A program made the translations under genes and the position numbers. Of a stretch of DNA of 64,000 nucleotides, positions 1 through 14,265 are shown piece by piece. The DNA is from Octopus vulgaris (taxonomy: Eukaryota): NCBI GenBank assembly GCA_951406725.2, contig OX597819.1, forward strand, positions 112,902,001 to 112,966,000, given 5' to 3'. Numbering within the stretch: position 1 is the first letter of the stretch; the number at the start of each line of letters is the position of its first letter. Under the pieces are notes generated by a model. It was given only the letters and a program-made list of their open reading frames with translations. It made no database searches and was not told the origin of the DNA.

Positions 1-39
1 TGTCTGAACATGTGTATCTATATGTATATGCAAACATAC

Positions 40-118
<79 letters not shown>

Positions 119-202
119 ATTATATGTGTGTGTGTGTGTTTACATCTATATATATATATATATATCCAAAAGCGCATCCAGACGCACACATCTGTGTGTG
201 TG

Positions 203-291
<89 letters not shown>

Positions 292-895
292 GTTTGCGAG
301 TATAGGAACAAAAGAAAAATGAGTGTATTTGAGAGTAGAATGTGCATATATGTACGTACCTATAATCTGTATGTGTTTCTGTACGTGTGTTTGACTGTGT
401 CTGTGTTTGTATACATATGTAACTAACGCATACTCAACCTTTACATGAATAAAATGCAAAACAAAGAACAAGGGAAGAGAAACTGAGATGTGGCAGAGGT
501 GAGGAGGTGAGATAAGAACTTAAAGAACCGACAGAGAAAGAACGACAAAAAATTCACGTTGAAGCTGACCAAGAACAATAAAGAAGAATAGGAAAAGTAA
601 AGAAAAACTATATAAAATAGAGTTAAGAACAAGTATAAAGATCTACGTAGGGTCTAAATCGTCTGCCTAGATTCGGTAGCGTGACGTAGATTAGACAAAA
701 GACTTTCTGTCACTGGATCAAACAGCAGTCTTTTGCAAACATCAATGCCAGCATTTCTGAGAATCTCTATAGTTGTTGTTGTTACCGTTGTTGTTGTTGT
801 TGTTGTTGTTGCTGTTGTTATTGTTGTTGTTTGACCCTAATCGAGCAGTCCTTCTCAATCAATTTTATGATTTGTTCTTGATTTGTTTGTTCCTT

Positions 896-1185
896 CTCGA
901 GCCATGCCTGGTTCATAAGGGCCGGTTTCCCGGTTTCCTTGGCGTATAGGTTCCTCACCTGCACTCGACGCCGGTCCGTCGCAGGTGAGCTGCAAGATGC
1001 AGGAGGAAAAAGTGAGAGAAAGTTGTGGCAAAAGAGTCAGCAGACGTTCGCCATTACCTTCTGCCGGAGCCGCGTGGAACTTAGGTGTTTCGCTCATAAA
1101 AACACACATCGTCCGGTCTGAGATTCGAACCCGCGATCCCTCGACCGCGAATCCGCTTCTCTAACGACTAGGCCATGTGCCTCCA
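896..1185 (-). mobile_element. tRNA-derived SINE (family C)
   Basis: Reverse strand starts tggaggcacatggcctagtcgttag...ggttcgaatctc (A/B boxes); a homologous copy lies at 24975-25280. Confidence 0.75.
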
Positions 1186-1271
1186 TAATTTTATGAATAT
1201 TGATTTTACAACAGTGACCGTGTCCCATCATTCTGCAGACGTAATAAAACCCCAGACTATATTAGCCAACA

Positions 1272-1310
<39 letters not shown>

Positions 1311-1461
1311 TTACGGAGATGTACTTGCATAGCAAGTAATTTGATCTGAGATCGTGTGCTGAAACGAAAACAATTGCAGCGTGGAAGGTGTTTATAAGCC
1401 ATTTAAGAAACACACAAAAGCCGTTCGATTCACTCCAACATTTAAGTTTAATTTGTCAACA

Positions 1462-1493
<32 letters not shown>

Positions 1494-1574
1494 TGTTATA
1501 TTTCGGAATGGTCATTTTGCCAGTTTAGCCAATAAAAACACACGCACATAAAAAATCTTGCACAACAAATATTT

Positions 1575-1609
<35 letters not shown>

Positions 1610-1615
1610 TCATAT

Positions 1616-1662
<47 letters not shown>

Positions 1663-1914
1663 ACCCACAAGAGTAAACAAGAGAGAGAGAGAAACAGGCA
1701 GAAACAAGGAAAATGCCACTTGTATTTGAACACTATACAAATATTCTTTTAAAAAACTTTTCTTTTAATTTTTCCAAAATTCAATTGTTTTCCATACTTA
1801 CAGTTGAAAAAGTCTCAATAACTGAAACCAATACTGAAATGTTTTTTTATAAAATTACTTTAGCATTTCTATCTTGCGTGCTACATTTTAGCTATTTCGT
1901 CTATTCCTAAATAT

Positions 1915-2488
1915 TTCTTTGGGCGATTGTGGTCTAATTATCGGATCCGGCTATCAGCTGAATCCAGAGTGAAGATTGCCCCGCCGACCTCCATTAACCG
2001 GGAGGGCAAGGCAATTTTCCTTTGTCTAGTTGCTGTAGCGAAAAAGGTGGTATGGTGGACCCGTTTCAAAGGGCTAAAGTCAGACAATTTCGTCTTTGGC
2101 CAAGGCCTCATCAACTTTTTCAAGTTCCACTTGAAAAGAAAGATTAGAGTAGAGAGGGAAGTGCCGTCTCGCAGCAAATTTATTGAAAGGTGGGTGAATG
2201 TCGGTAAAATGGCCAGTATGAACGGACCAATTCTGAGATTACGCCTGTAAAAAAAAAAAGGTAATATAAAAGGAGAAGGGGCTCTCTACTCCTTTTGACC
2301 AGGCTCCTGTGGCTTTTATGGGCTTTTCCACGAGTAACCTTTCAAAGCGCCGCCCACTATTGGGAGTTTTATTTGTATGTTTACACCGACTTTTCCTTTT
2401 TTCAAAACCCTTTGTACTTTTCGTCCTGTGTTTGTCTTTACATGTGTTTTTGATTTATGTTAGCCCTTGTGGCCAATAAAACCAGAAT
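1915..2488 (+). mobile_element. 3' fragment of L1/Tx1-like LINE (ORF2 C-terminus + 3' UTR)
   Basis: ORF 1927-2250 (FLCLVAVAKKVVWWTR...FIERWV) resembles the Tx1-type ORF2 end, followed by a UTR ending cccttgtggccaataaa. Confidence 0.55.
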
Positions 2489-2491
2489 TTA

Positions 2492-2622
2492 TTTTCATCC
2501 TTTCGGGGTCGATAAATTAAGTACCAGTTACGCACTGGGGTCGATATAATCGACTTAATCTGTTTGTCTGTCCTTGTTTGTCCCTTCTGTGTTTAGCCCC
2601 CTGTGGGCAATAAAGAAATAAA
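2492..2622 (+). mobile_element. 5'-truncated SINE family A (Nin/Deu-like core) followed by (TTA)n
   Basis: tttcatcctttcggggtcgataaattaagtaccag core shared with many copies in the window. Confidence 0.8.
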
Positions 2623-2644
2623 TTATTATTATTATTATTATTAC

Positions 2645-2704
<60 letters not shown>

Positions 2705-2907
2705 CTAGTTTTATTTTTATAGCGTGCTTTCACTTTACTACCGAGCGCAGCTCTGTGTGCCTTGGGTATGTGCTGTGGTTTGTTGTGATGCTCTGATGGT
2801 TACTGTATTGAAAGTGTTCTGCGTAGGATGTGTACAGTGCCTAGTAGGGCAATTTTCTGTATGTTATATGTGTTTGTAAGTCCTGGTGTTTTTGTTATGT
2901 ATTTGTC

Positions 2908-2970
<63 letters not shown>

Positions 2971-3599
2971 ATATACTACAATGCGGCTTAAAGGAAAATT
3001 CGGCTACTACTTTTAGTAGTCGAGCAACCACGCAGAGGCTCTTTTTTTTAGATTGTAACATATAGTATAAAATGGGGAAGTGAAGAAAATGATGGAGGAG
3101 ATAGACAAGGGAGAAGACGAAAGCGGAAGTGGCTTTTTGAGCCTCGTGCGCAAAACGAAATCCTCATAAAAACAATGACAAAAAAAAAGAATTTTTGTCA
3201 CAGATTCAATTAATAAGAAACGAAAGGAGACGAGTGTGGAGAACGGGATGGGGAAAAGGAAAAGAAGAAGGAAAAAGGAAAAAACAACAAAATGAAATTA
3301 TAAAAAAACAATAACAATAGCCACGTGCAGACGAAAGAGAAAAGATGTAAGAATGAATGAAAGAAATAAAGGATGAGACGAAAGAGAAAAACTAAGAAAG
3401 GAAAAATAGGAACGGTAGGATGAAAGAGAAAAATAAGAGAAAGAAAGAAAGAAGGAAGGAAGGAAAGAAAGTCGAACGAAAGAGAATGACGGCGTTGGAG
3501 GGAACGGGAAATAGGAGAAAGTTTGAAGTGACCAATCACATCATAGATGACAGATGTGACAGGTAATTATGGATACATACGTAATGTATAGCTCACCTT

Positions 3600-4145
3600 T
3601 TGTACACTGTAACAGTATCAGCATCACCAGCATCATCAGAGGATAAACAGTAAGAGCGGCGCAACATCAACGCTATCGCCGCTACAACCGGCAATCGCTT
3701 AAACCACAACATCACCAACACTACTATTACCACCTAATTATCATCACCATCACCATCAGCACTAACACCATCACTACCAACACCGACACCGCCACCGCTG
3801 CCGTTATGGCCACCACCACCATCACCATCATCACCATCACCATCACCCACCACCACCACCACCACCACCACCATCATCACCAGCACTACTACTACTAGTA
3901 CTACCATCACTAACTCTACGACTACTACCACCACCGCCACCACCACCAACACCACCACCAACACCACCAACACCACCATTATTACTATAACTACTGCTAT
4001 TACTACTACTATCACCACCACCTCAACCACCACCACCACCACCAACACCACCCTCATTACCATCACTACTACTACTACTATCACTAACACTACTACGACT
4101 ACCACCATCACCTCCACTACCACCAACACCACCACCAACGCTACA

Positions 4146-4207
<62 letters not shown>

Positions 4208-4570
4208 TTGCTGCAGTTGCTGCTACTACTAACACCACCACCACATCCACCATTACATTCCTACAACTCCGCTGCATTATCACCACAGTTCCATTAATAT
4301 CAATATTACTACAACACTAACATCTCGATCACAATACTACCACCATCACCACCATCAACACCATCAATACCACCACCACCACAACAACAACAACAGTACA
4401 AACTCTACCAACACCAACAATAACATTACAGTACCACCACAGCATCACCACATCACCAACACCTTCACAACATAACACTGTCTCCAGCTCCAGCACCACC
4501 ACCAACATCGCCACCAGCATCCTCACCCGGCCTCCAACATCACCATTAAAGCACTACAATACAACACCAC
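3600..4570. repeat. Low-complexity (CAC/CTA/CAT)n trinucleotide mosaic
   Basis: Directly visible degenerate trinucleotide runs. Confidence 0.85.
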
Positions 4571-4673
4571 CCAAGTCCGGCTTAAGACCCATAGAAGTCC
4601 TAAGCACTTACAAGATTTTGGTGCCCCCAAATATATGTAATTCAAAGTACAAAAAATAATAAACCATAAAATA

Positions 4674-5195
4674 CCGTAAATCCTCGAGTACAATCCGCAT
4701 TCCCCCCAAAAAAAATTTAAAGGTCAAAATGCCTAGTGCGTACTATATACGAAGTTAAAAATGAAAATTATTTTCTAAGCAATGTCCGAGACTCTATTTG
4801 CTGTCCGGCAATGTTTATTCAGACGCATTTGTGATATCGGGCGCGAAAATACCTTAAGCTAAGCCTAAAAGCAATGAAGTCACAAAAGAATAATCCATAA
4901 CTTGCAGTAAGCAACATTTATTAAACGTTATTACTATTATTATTGTTATTTCTTTATTTTCTGCAAACAAAATGCACAAAAAAGCTACACGTTTGCATTA
5001 TGTTATATTTACAATAATAATAAAGGACGTTACCGTATATATTTTTACAAACTATGGACGTTATATAGACCTCCTTGGCTCAAGTTAGAGAAAGGGTGCG
5101 TATTATACACAAGGTTTAGGTTTTTCAGAGATACAGCCCCCTAAAAATCCCCTGCGTATTATACTCAAGGGCGGACTATACTCGAGGATTTACGG
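4674..5195. mobile_element. Tc1/mariner-superfamily MITE
   Basis: TIR CCGTAAATCCTCGAGTA ... TACTCGAGGATTTACGG with TA on both sides; internal gcgtattatac-like subterminal repeats. Confidence 0.85.
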
Positions 5196-5827
5196 TAAGT
5201 TTTTTTTATTTTTCAAAATAAACCAAAACTAACGAAAATAATGTTATTTTTGCATACGGCCACTTTATATTTGAAAAGCTTTCTCATATTTTTTTCTATT
5301 GCAAAGTCTTTGACCAGATCTCCAACTTCTCCAACCCTTAGTCTAAGCTATCGTAGCACAGATAATGAGAGTTGTCTATTTTAGGCCAGCAACCAATATA
5401 TTATCCCCCGCTTTAAAGAAAATGCTTTTGGCTGTCAACGAAGTAACCATGAAATACCTGGTATACGAAACGGATAGGGTTGGTGAAAAACATCCTTAAA
5501 TATAACGAAAAACAGAGACTGTGAAATAAACACCGAAGATATAACCCACGTCATAAGCAACAGTCTTAACATGTCATCACGATACTATTTATCTACGAAG
5601 CATGATGTAATGGTCGAATTACTACAAATGTAATTTATTGAAACATTAATCCTGAAGAACAAAATATTCGGATTATAGTGTTGTGGAGGGGACAATTCCC
5701 AGTAATACGAAAGAAAACTGGTGAAAGGTTTATGTCAAAGCCTCGTTAAACTATAAACGAAAACAGACCAGACATTATGATCTGGAACTGAGAAGAGAAA
5801 GTTTGCACAGTTACAGAAACTAATTGC

Positions 5828-5989
5828 CTGGTTGTGTGGTAAGTAGCTAGCTTATCAACCACATGGTCCCGGGTTCAGTCCCAGTGCTCGGCACCTTGGG
5901 CAAATGTCTTCTACTATAGCCTCGGGTCGACCAAAGCCTTGTGAGTGGATTTGGTAGACTGAAACTGAAAGAAGCCCGTCGTATATATG

Positions 5990-6047
<58 letters not shown>

Positions 6048-6226
6048 TGCGTCTGTGTTTGTCCCCCAACATCGCTTGACAGCCGATGCTGGTGTGTTTA
6101 CGTCCCCGTAACTTAGCGATTCGGCAAAAAAGACCGATAGAATAAATCCTGGGGTCGATTTGCTCGACTAAATGCAGTGCTCCAGCATGGCCACAGTCAC
6201 ATGACTGAAACAAGTAAAAGAGTAAA
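5828..6226 (+). mobile_element. SINE family B (tRNA head, CORE-like box, internal TA/TG microsatellite)
   Basis: gtgtggtaag...ggttcagtccc head, caccttgggcaa box, tail gaaacaagtaaaagag; many copies in the window. Confidence 0.85.
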
Positions 6227-7350
6227 ATGGTACCTATGCCAAACTAATGAGAGATTTGCCTATGCACTACCTGGACCACAACTTTAGATTTATACCTGAA
6301 AGTATTGGAGGAGAGTTTTCCTCTTTATATAACTACTTCAGTATCAACTTGAGAAACTGGATTTTGAAACTGTAAAATAATATGTAAAGCATTCCAGATT
6401 TTAGCCAATAATGTGAACATATATGAACATATTCCTTTATTCCTTTACGTATTCCATGCCAAAGGTTGTGACCATGCTGGGGCATTGTTATTTTTATATG
6501 TTGTAATTCTCTAGAGATGCCCTGCAAGAAAATCATATAGTTAAATGGAGAATAACATATTTAATGAAATAAACCAGAGATTTTTTAAAAGTTACACTCA
6601 TTGAGTAGTTTTAATAATTAACTGTTTTCGAAAAAGTAAGGAAGGCAACTCCGACATTAACAGAGACAAACAAAGAAAAAATAATCTCAAATTTGGTGAG
6701 TACAGGGACAATTTCAGACATGTTTCTGTCTTATTAGGCCTCCTCAGCAAAAAGTAGATATCCTCGCATTTATCAGAACCTGAAGTGAGAGTAAAAAAAA
6801 GTATAAAATTTTAGTGAAAAACATTCACTGATTTGACAATTTAATTTAGTGTCTGAGGAAAGTTTCCATTGAACGCCTTCTGCTTGAATAACATATAGTT
6901 CAGAGAAGGTTAAGATACATAATATGGTGAGTGAAAGAAATATATTTTTTCATTAAAATTGCAGCCGTAATAAAATGAAAAATCATGTACACATACAAAA
7001 GTCAGCATAAAAATTCACACACGCAATGACAAGCGCACGACTATATGTGTATTTGTATACATACATACATACATACATACATACATACATACATACATAC
7101 ATACATACATACATACATACATACATACATAATTATTGGTACGCTGGTTTATGCAACTAAATATCTAAGTGGCAATCTCGAAAAGCAAGGATTTTCAAGC
7201 AAAGAAAACCACTAGCTAACGATCATCTTACGAATAATAAGTGAAACGATAAAAATATGTAAGACTTCTCGAATATTCGGCATGTAATTCTTAACCGTTT
7301 ATTGTTTATATAAATTCCAGCGTATCGCTTGGGTGTAAAAATATGTGTAA

Positions 7351-7391
<41 letters not shown>

Positions 7392-7629
7392 CATAATACA
7401 AAATGGGACAAGAATGCAAAGCATCCGGACAACTAGGTGATAAAAAAGGGACAACAAAACATCCAGATAGACGATACAAAAAAAAAACCAAGGACGGTCA
7501 TTCGAAGCCTTTTATCCTCAGTCAAGAACCGGATCATCCTCACAATTTCAACTGATTAATTTTGAGATTGCTCCAATCTGGCCAGCCCCAAGGAAAAACT
7601 AAGCTAAGAGCATTATATATACGCATCTG

Positions 7630-7995
7630 TATATAGCTTGCTTACCAACCACAGGGTTCCGGGTTCAGTCCCACTACATGGCACCTTGAGCAAATGTCTT
7701 CTACTGTAGCCTCAGGCCGGCCAAAGCCTTGTGAGTGAATTTGTTAAACGGAAACTGAAAGAATCCCGTCATATGTGTGTGTCTGTATGTGTGCATATGT
7801 GTGTGTGTGTGTGCGTATGTGTGTGTGTGTACCTTAGGGTCTGTGTTTGTCCCTACCACTACCTCTTAACAGCTTGGTAAAAGAGACCAATAAAATATGT
7901 ATCAGGCTTTAAAAATGTGCTAAAAAGTACAATCGATAAAAAATTCTTCAAGGTAGTGCCCCAGCATGGCCGCAGTCAGACGATTAAAACTAGTA
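7630..7995 (+). mobile_element. SINE family B copy
   Basis: Homologous to 5828-6226. Confidence 0.8.
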
Positions 7996-8142
7996 AAGTA
8001 GGTAGGTACGTAGGTAGGTAGGTAGGTATGCATGTATGATGTCTGTATATATGTTTGTACGTACGTATGTGTGTATTTATATATGTATGTTAACTTATTA
8101 TAAGATTTTTTCATACTTATGCCTATGTTGTTTTTTTTTTTA

Positions 8143-9457
8143 AATCGGATGTCCACCAAAGCTGCTGAGGATCATCAAGTCTTTCCATGATGACATGCAA
8201 GGCACCATACAGCACAACGGTTCAACATCAGCCGCCTTCCAAATAAAAAACGGGGTAAAGCAAGGTTGTGTCCTCGCTCCTACATTGTTTGGCATCTTTT
8301 TCTCGCTCTTACTTTCACATGCCTTTCAGACATCAGATGATGGAGTGTTTCTGCACAGTAGAAGTGACGGGAAACTGTTCAATCTCTCGCGCCTGCGTGC
8401 CAAGACCAAAATCAGAAACGTCCTGATCAAGGAGATGTTATTTGCTGATGATGCCGCTCTGGTAACACACACAGAAGAAGCCCTCTAAAGGCTCATTAAC
8501 TGTTTTGAGCAAGCATGTAACGACTTTGGCTTAGCTATCAGCCTTAAGAAGACCAACATCATGGGCCAGGCTACATCGGACATCCCAAACATACATATTG
8601 GAGACCACAGATTACAAGAGGTGGAGAAGTTTACCTATCTGGGCTCTACCGTCACCTACAACCTATCCCTTGACACTGAGCTCAATATACGCATTGGCAA
8701 GGCAGCTGCTGCGATGGCCCAACTCTCCAAACGGGCTTGGGACAACAATAAGCTGACCAAGACCACGAAAATGAAGATCTACCAGGCATGTGTACTCAGC
8801 ACTCTACTGTATGGAAGTGAGACTTGGACGCTATACACACGCCAAGAGCGTCGCCTAAACATCTTTCACCTGTGCTGCCTCCGAAAAATCCTCCGTATCA
8901 AATGGCAGAATCATATCCCCAACAAAGATGTCCTCAGGCAAGCAGGAATACCAAGCATGTTTGCACTCCTCACACAAAGACGTATGAGATGGCTTGGGCA
9001 TGTTAGCCGTATGAAAGATGGCAGAATCCCCAAGGACATACTCTACGGAGAGCTTGCTAGGGGTACTAGGTCTGTGGGTAGACCGATCTTACGTTACAAG
9101 GATGTTTGCAAAAGGGACATGAAGGCCTGCAACATCAATATTAGCGGTTGGGAGGCAGTTGCCGGCAACCGTGGAGAATGGCGACGTGCCGTAAAAGAGG
9201 GAATACAAAGGAGTGACAGAGAGAGAGAGGAGAAATGGAAAGAGAAAGAAGAGACGTCAACAAGAAACTATGGCATTTCAACCAGCCAGGAACAGCCTTC
9301 GCTACATTTGCGGTACCTGCCAGAGGGAGTGTTTGTCCAGGATAGGACTACACAGCCACAGCAGGAAATGTATCAGGACATGAAATATAAAAGCCGGACT
9401 AGACTACTTTATGTGCAACTCCATTGTCTCCCGAGACAAAAAGGATGCCAACAACAA
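8143..9457 (+). mobile_element. 5'-truncated RTE-clade LINE (RT C-terminal half + C-terminal Cys/His finger), inactivated
   Basis: GVKQGCVLAPTLF, LFADD, FTYLGS, RWLGHV motifs; in-frame TAA at 8486; frameshift near 9245 before YICGTCQRECLSRIGLHSHSRKC; (CAA)n tail. Confidence 0.93.
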
Positions 9458-9570
9458 TATATGTATGTACGTGTGCATGTATGTATGTATGTATGCACGT
9501 TTGTATGATGTATGTACGTATATATGTAGATACGTATGTATGTATGTATGTATGTATGTATGTATGTATG

Positions 9571-9634
<64 letters not shown>

Positions 9635-9880
9635 GGTATGCATGTATGTATATTTGTGTGTATATGAGCCCTCACTCCCTCACATCCACACCTACATGAA
9701 GCATACCCGGATCTCTTCTAAGCAGAAACAAGACTTGTCATCCAGAGATTTTCGTCTTTCACCCACCCGACATAGAAACATATAACTCCTCCCAATCAAC
9801 CATTGTTAATGGGAGCCTATATGTAGTGGGTATACCTGCAAAAAATAGCAGCCAATTCTTCTTCAAATTACGCTCTACAG

Positions 9881-10099
9881 CAGTGCTTCCCTTTGGCTCG
9901 TATATCTCTCGGTTGGACCCTCCAGCCATTCGATGGTGAAAAAGTCCTTTTATATTTCTATAACTGAATACTATTAGAAATTATATAAAAAAAAAAATTG
10001 CTGAAATGGAAGTATAACCAATTTATTGTAGATAAATTTTAACGACAATATCTTATGTGGATCCCTAAGGTTCATATGGAATCCAGAGGAAAAGCACTG
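9881..10099. mobile_element. hAT (Charlie-like) MITE
   Basis: Termini CAGTGCTT...AAGCACTG with 8-bp TSD ctctacag/atctacag. Confidence 0.7.
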
Positions 10100-10249
10100 A
10101 TCTACAGTCTTTGGAAAATAAAAAGAGAACTCGTCCGGATATATGATCCTGAGCTCATTACAGAAGGATAAAACCTGAGATGGTCACGGCTGGAACACCT
10201 TGGATCATAGTTTTGTTCAGCCAGGGGATGTCCAAGGAATAAGAATCAA

Positions 10250-10336
10250 CAGCACTAAACCACTCCTAATACTACTACTACTACTACTACCAACACCACC
10301 ACCACCACTACTACTACTACCACCACCACCACCACC

Positions 10337-10398
<62 letters not shown>

Positions 10399-10930
10399 CA
10401 CCACCACCACCACCACTATTACTACAACCACCACCATTACTACTACCACCACTACTAGAACTACTACCACCACCACTACGACTACTACTACAACCACCAA
10501 CACTACCAGCACAACGACTACCACTACTACTACTACTACTACTGCATTCACTCTCATCATCCCATGTACCACATCCTTCGACGCCACCCCGCCACTATCA
10601 CCCCACCACAACAATCACAACCACGACCTTAAATCAATCACCGTCACCCCTACCATTACCATTGCTACCACCATCACCATCCTTAACCACTACGACTCTC
10701 ACCACAAACCAACACCACCATCACCAGTGACAGCACCAACACAGCCACCACTACCACCACCAGCACTACTTTCTCTGCGTCACCATGACCACTACCACCA
10801 CCACCAACAACAACACCATCATCACTAACCCTACTGCTGCGACTACCACTACAACCATCGCCACCACCAGTAACAACACCAACATCGCCACCACTACAAC
10901 CACTACCACTACCACCGCCACCACCATCAG
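10250..10930. repeat. Low-complexity (CTA/CCA)n tract
   Basis: Directly visible; explains the poly-P/L/V ORFs. Confidence 0.9.
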
Positions 10931-11740
10931 TGACATTAAATCTCAGAGCGACTACCAAAAATATAGGTAACATACCTATCTCTACACTAGCTGCTAAATT
11001 ATATACACTCACGTATATATATTTATACTTTATATACATAAGTATATATATATACATAGGTATATACACACACATATATATTTATACATATATACATAAA
11101 TATATATATATATATATATATACACATAAGTATATACACACATATCAATATATTTATACATATATACATAAGTATATATACATAGGTATACATCCACACA
11201 CACATACACATATATTTATACATATATGCATTAATATATATCACACATATCTATACCTATATACGTAAGTATATATACACGTATCTATGTATTTATACAT
11301 ATATACAGAAGTATATATAAACATATACACATCCATATACAAAAGCTCATCCATATATACATATACCTACACACAAATATACATACATAATCACACGGAA
11401 AAATTACTTAATCATACAACTATATGAATACGTATATACGCATATATATACATACATAAGGAACTCTACGTACACTATACATACATATACATCCTTTGAT
11501 ATACATATACACTTATAGACAGGCAGCTAGGGATTTTAACGGAGCTTATCTTGTTTCGATTCTCAAGAAAATCTGATCGCAGACTCAGACTCTTTTAAGA
11601 ATCAAAATGGAATTCACTGAAATTGAATAGCAACTGGAAAGTATGTATAGAACAAGCACAACTTCTAAGGAGTATTGAGTACTCTATTTCATATCTTTGT
11701 ATCTGTAACAAACAATAATACACACATACACAGACAAACA

Positions 11741-11772
<32 letters not shown>

Positions 11773-11812
11773 GCATATATAAGATTATATATTATATTAT
11801 ATTATATTATAT

Positions 11813-11865
<53 letters not shown>

Positions 11866-12054
11866 ATTATATATTATATTACACACACACACACACAGAG
11901 GCACACACACACACACACAAACAAACACACACACAGATATACACACACAAACACACATACAAACACACGCACACATACACAAACATACACTTACACACAT
12001 ACACACACACATACAAAGATACACTTACACTTACACGTACACACACACACACAT

Positions 12055-12104
<50 letters not shown>

Positions 12105-12214
12105 CCACTAAAATTACCAGCACCACCTCCACCACCTCCAACTGCTACAACAACAACAACAACAACAACAACACCAAAAAATGATAAACAAGACAAGGAA
12201 CTGAAGTGGAAAGA

Positions 12215-12410
12215 ACCCCTACATGATTGCTCAAGTCGCAAGAACTAGTAGCCAAACTTCCCTCGCATCACATCATATACGATTCAAAAAGACGCGATGG
12301 CCATGGCTTGAGCGCCTATGATCATAAACCTGCTCAATTAGGGCTGACTAGAGCTTGACAACATCAACAACTATAACAACAGCATCAACAACAGCAACAA
12401 CACCTACAAT
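12215..12410 (+). mobile_element. Degenerate interspersed repeat (family D) with (CAA)n-like tail
   Basis: tagcagccaaa...gatggtcatggctggaatgcctttgatc...gctgacc motif series recurs at about 9830-10250, 17140-17280, 52845-53045 and 61975-62180. Confidence 0.6.
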
Positions 12411-12414
12411 AGCC

Positions 12415-12606
12415 ATGGATTTGGCAATCAGTGTTTCGGTATTAATATCTGTTTGTATTAACAGTTGGTTACTGGGTGTTAGTTCGGCCATGGGACGTGA
12501 TACGAGGATTAATTGGGACTTGAACTCTGGACCAGCTGTACCGCAAAGAAATCCATTTGGAGAGAAATCAAAGAATGACAAGAGTGGTTCAGCTATATCA
12601 TCTTCG
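12415..12606 (+). CDS. MMP coding exon 1: signal peptide and start of pro-region
   Basis: agccATGg context; MDLAISVSVLISVCINSWLLGVSSA is hydrophobic with small residues at the likely cleavage site; donor TCG|GTAAGT, phase 0, matches the next exon. Confidence 0.75.
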
Positions 12607-12648
12607 GTAAGTTGTGGAATTGATAATTTGTGGGTGTAGCTGTATCAA

Positions 12649-12683
<35 letters not shown>

Positions 12684-12866
12684 GGAGGTTGAGGTGTTGA
12701 GTGTGATGTGTGATAAGTATTTCAACTGTATAGAGAGGTGTAGGTATCTGCGTGTTTACGTACACACACACTCATTCACAGACATGCACACTCATATACA
12801 TGCATATGTATTTTCATATATGTGTGTATATGTGTATCTATATATGTGATGTTATGTACCCATATA

Positions 12867-12908
<42 letters not shown>

Positions 12909-12948
12909 CATATATATATATATATGTATATGTATGTATTTATGTATG

Positions 12949-13002
<54 letters not shown>

Positions 13003-13254
13003 TATATATATGTATGAGTGTATATATATATATATGTACGCACGCACACACGCACACACACATATATATGTGTTACTTATTTTCGTCATTAGACTGTGGC
13101 CATGCTGGGGCACTGTCTTGAAGAAATTCTATCTCCAGTACTTATATTTTTAAGTGCGATACTAATTCTATCTGTATCTTTTGCCGAACTGCTAATTTCC
13201 ATGGACATGAACACACACAAAGTTACATATAAACATACATACATACGTGTGCAC

Positions 13255-13304
<50 letters not shown>

Positions 13305-13492
13305 GATGTATATATGATAGATCGATAGCCACTACACACATCTTTTCTCTCCTTGTTTTTTCTGAGTCCCTTTCTGTAGAAGAACGTAGGCTCGAAACGT
13401 AAAAGACTTTTTATATTCCTGAGCGTTATACTAATACATCTGTTTGTTTTGTACACCACCTGTCTTCGTCTATTGTTTTTTTCGTAAACTCT

Positions 13493-13535
<43 letters not shown>

Positions 13536-13813
13536 CACATATACATAATATATACATACATATATAAGTGTGTATGTATATAGACACACACATGCGCACA
13601 CATTATTTGTGTGATTGTTGTAGAATAGCGATTTCTGTGTGATATACATTACATTGTTACTTGGCTCACACTCATCTTTAATGCAATTAATCTTTCATCG
13701 AATTTTTTCCAACAGTGAGTATCTCATCTGTATTATAAACATAGCGCATCATATGTTTCAAGAGGACGTGGAATATTTATTATATTCTGAAAGTTAGTGA
13801 GGATAAGATTTGA

Positions 13814-13975
13814 TGTGTGGTAAGTAGCTTGCTTACCAACCCCACGGTTCCGGGTTCAGTCTCACTGCGTGGCACCTTGGGCAAGTGTCTTCTACTATAG
13901 CCTCGGGTCTACCAAGCCTTGTGATTGGATTTGGTAGACGGAAACTGAAAAAAGCCAGTCGTATATATGTATGCA

Positions 13976-14030
<55 letters not shown>

Positions 14031-14265
14031 GTGTGTCTATATGTTTGAGTGTCTGTTTTTGTCGCCCGCCCCCAACATCGCTTGACAACCGATGCTGGTG
14101 TGTTTACGTCGCCGTAACTTAGCGGTTCGGCAAAAGACACCGATAGAATAAGTACTGGGCTTATAAAGAATAAGTCCTCGGGTCGATTTGCTCGACTAAA
14201 GACGGTGCTCCAGCATGGCCATAATCAAATGACTGAAACAAGTAAAAGAGCAAAGAATAAAAGAG
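13814..14265 (+). mobile_element. SINE family B copy
   Basis: Near full-length homolog of 5828-6226. Confidence 0.85.

Noticed and set aside
10-347. Poly-HT/CV/YI ORFs here and throughout the window
   Set aside because: Translations of (CA)n, (TG)n, (TA)n and (TACA)n microsatellites.
7490-7530. Hammerhead-like motif (also at about 50478-50515)
   Set aside because: CUGANGA is present on - strand, but GAAA and stem III are not canonical (cgaaugacc), so it cannot be supported.
10200-10730. 176-aa Pro/Leu-rich ORF as an upstream MMP exon
   Set aside because: Trinucleotide low-complexity tract without splice signals; the signal-peptide exon at 12415 already supplies the N-terminus.
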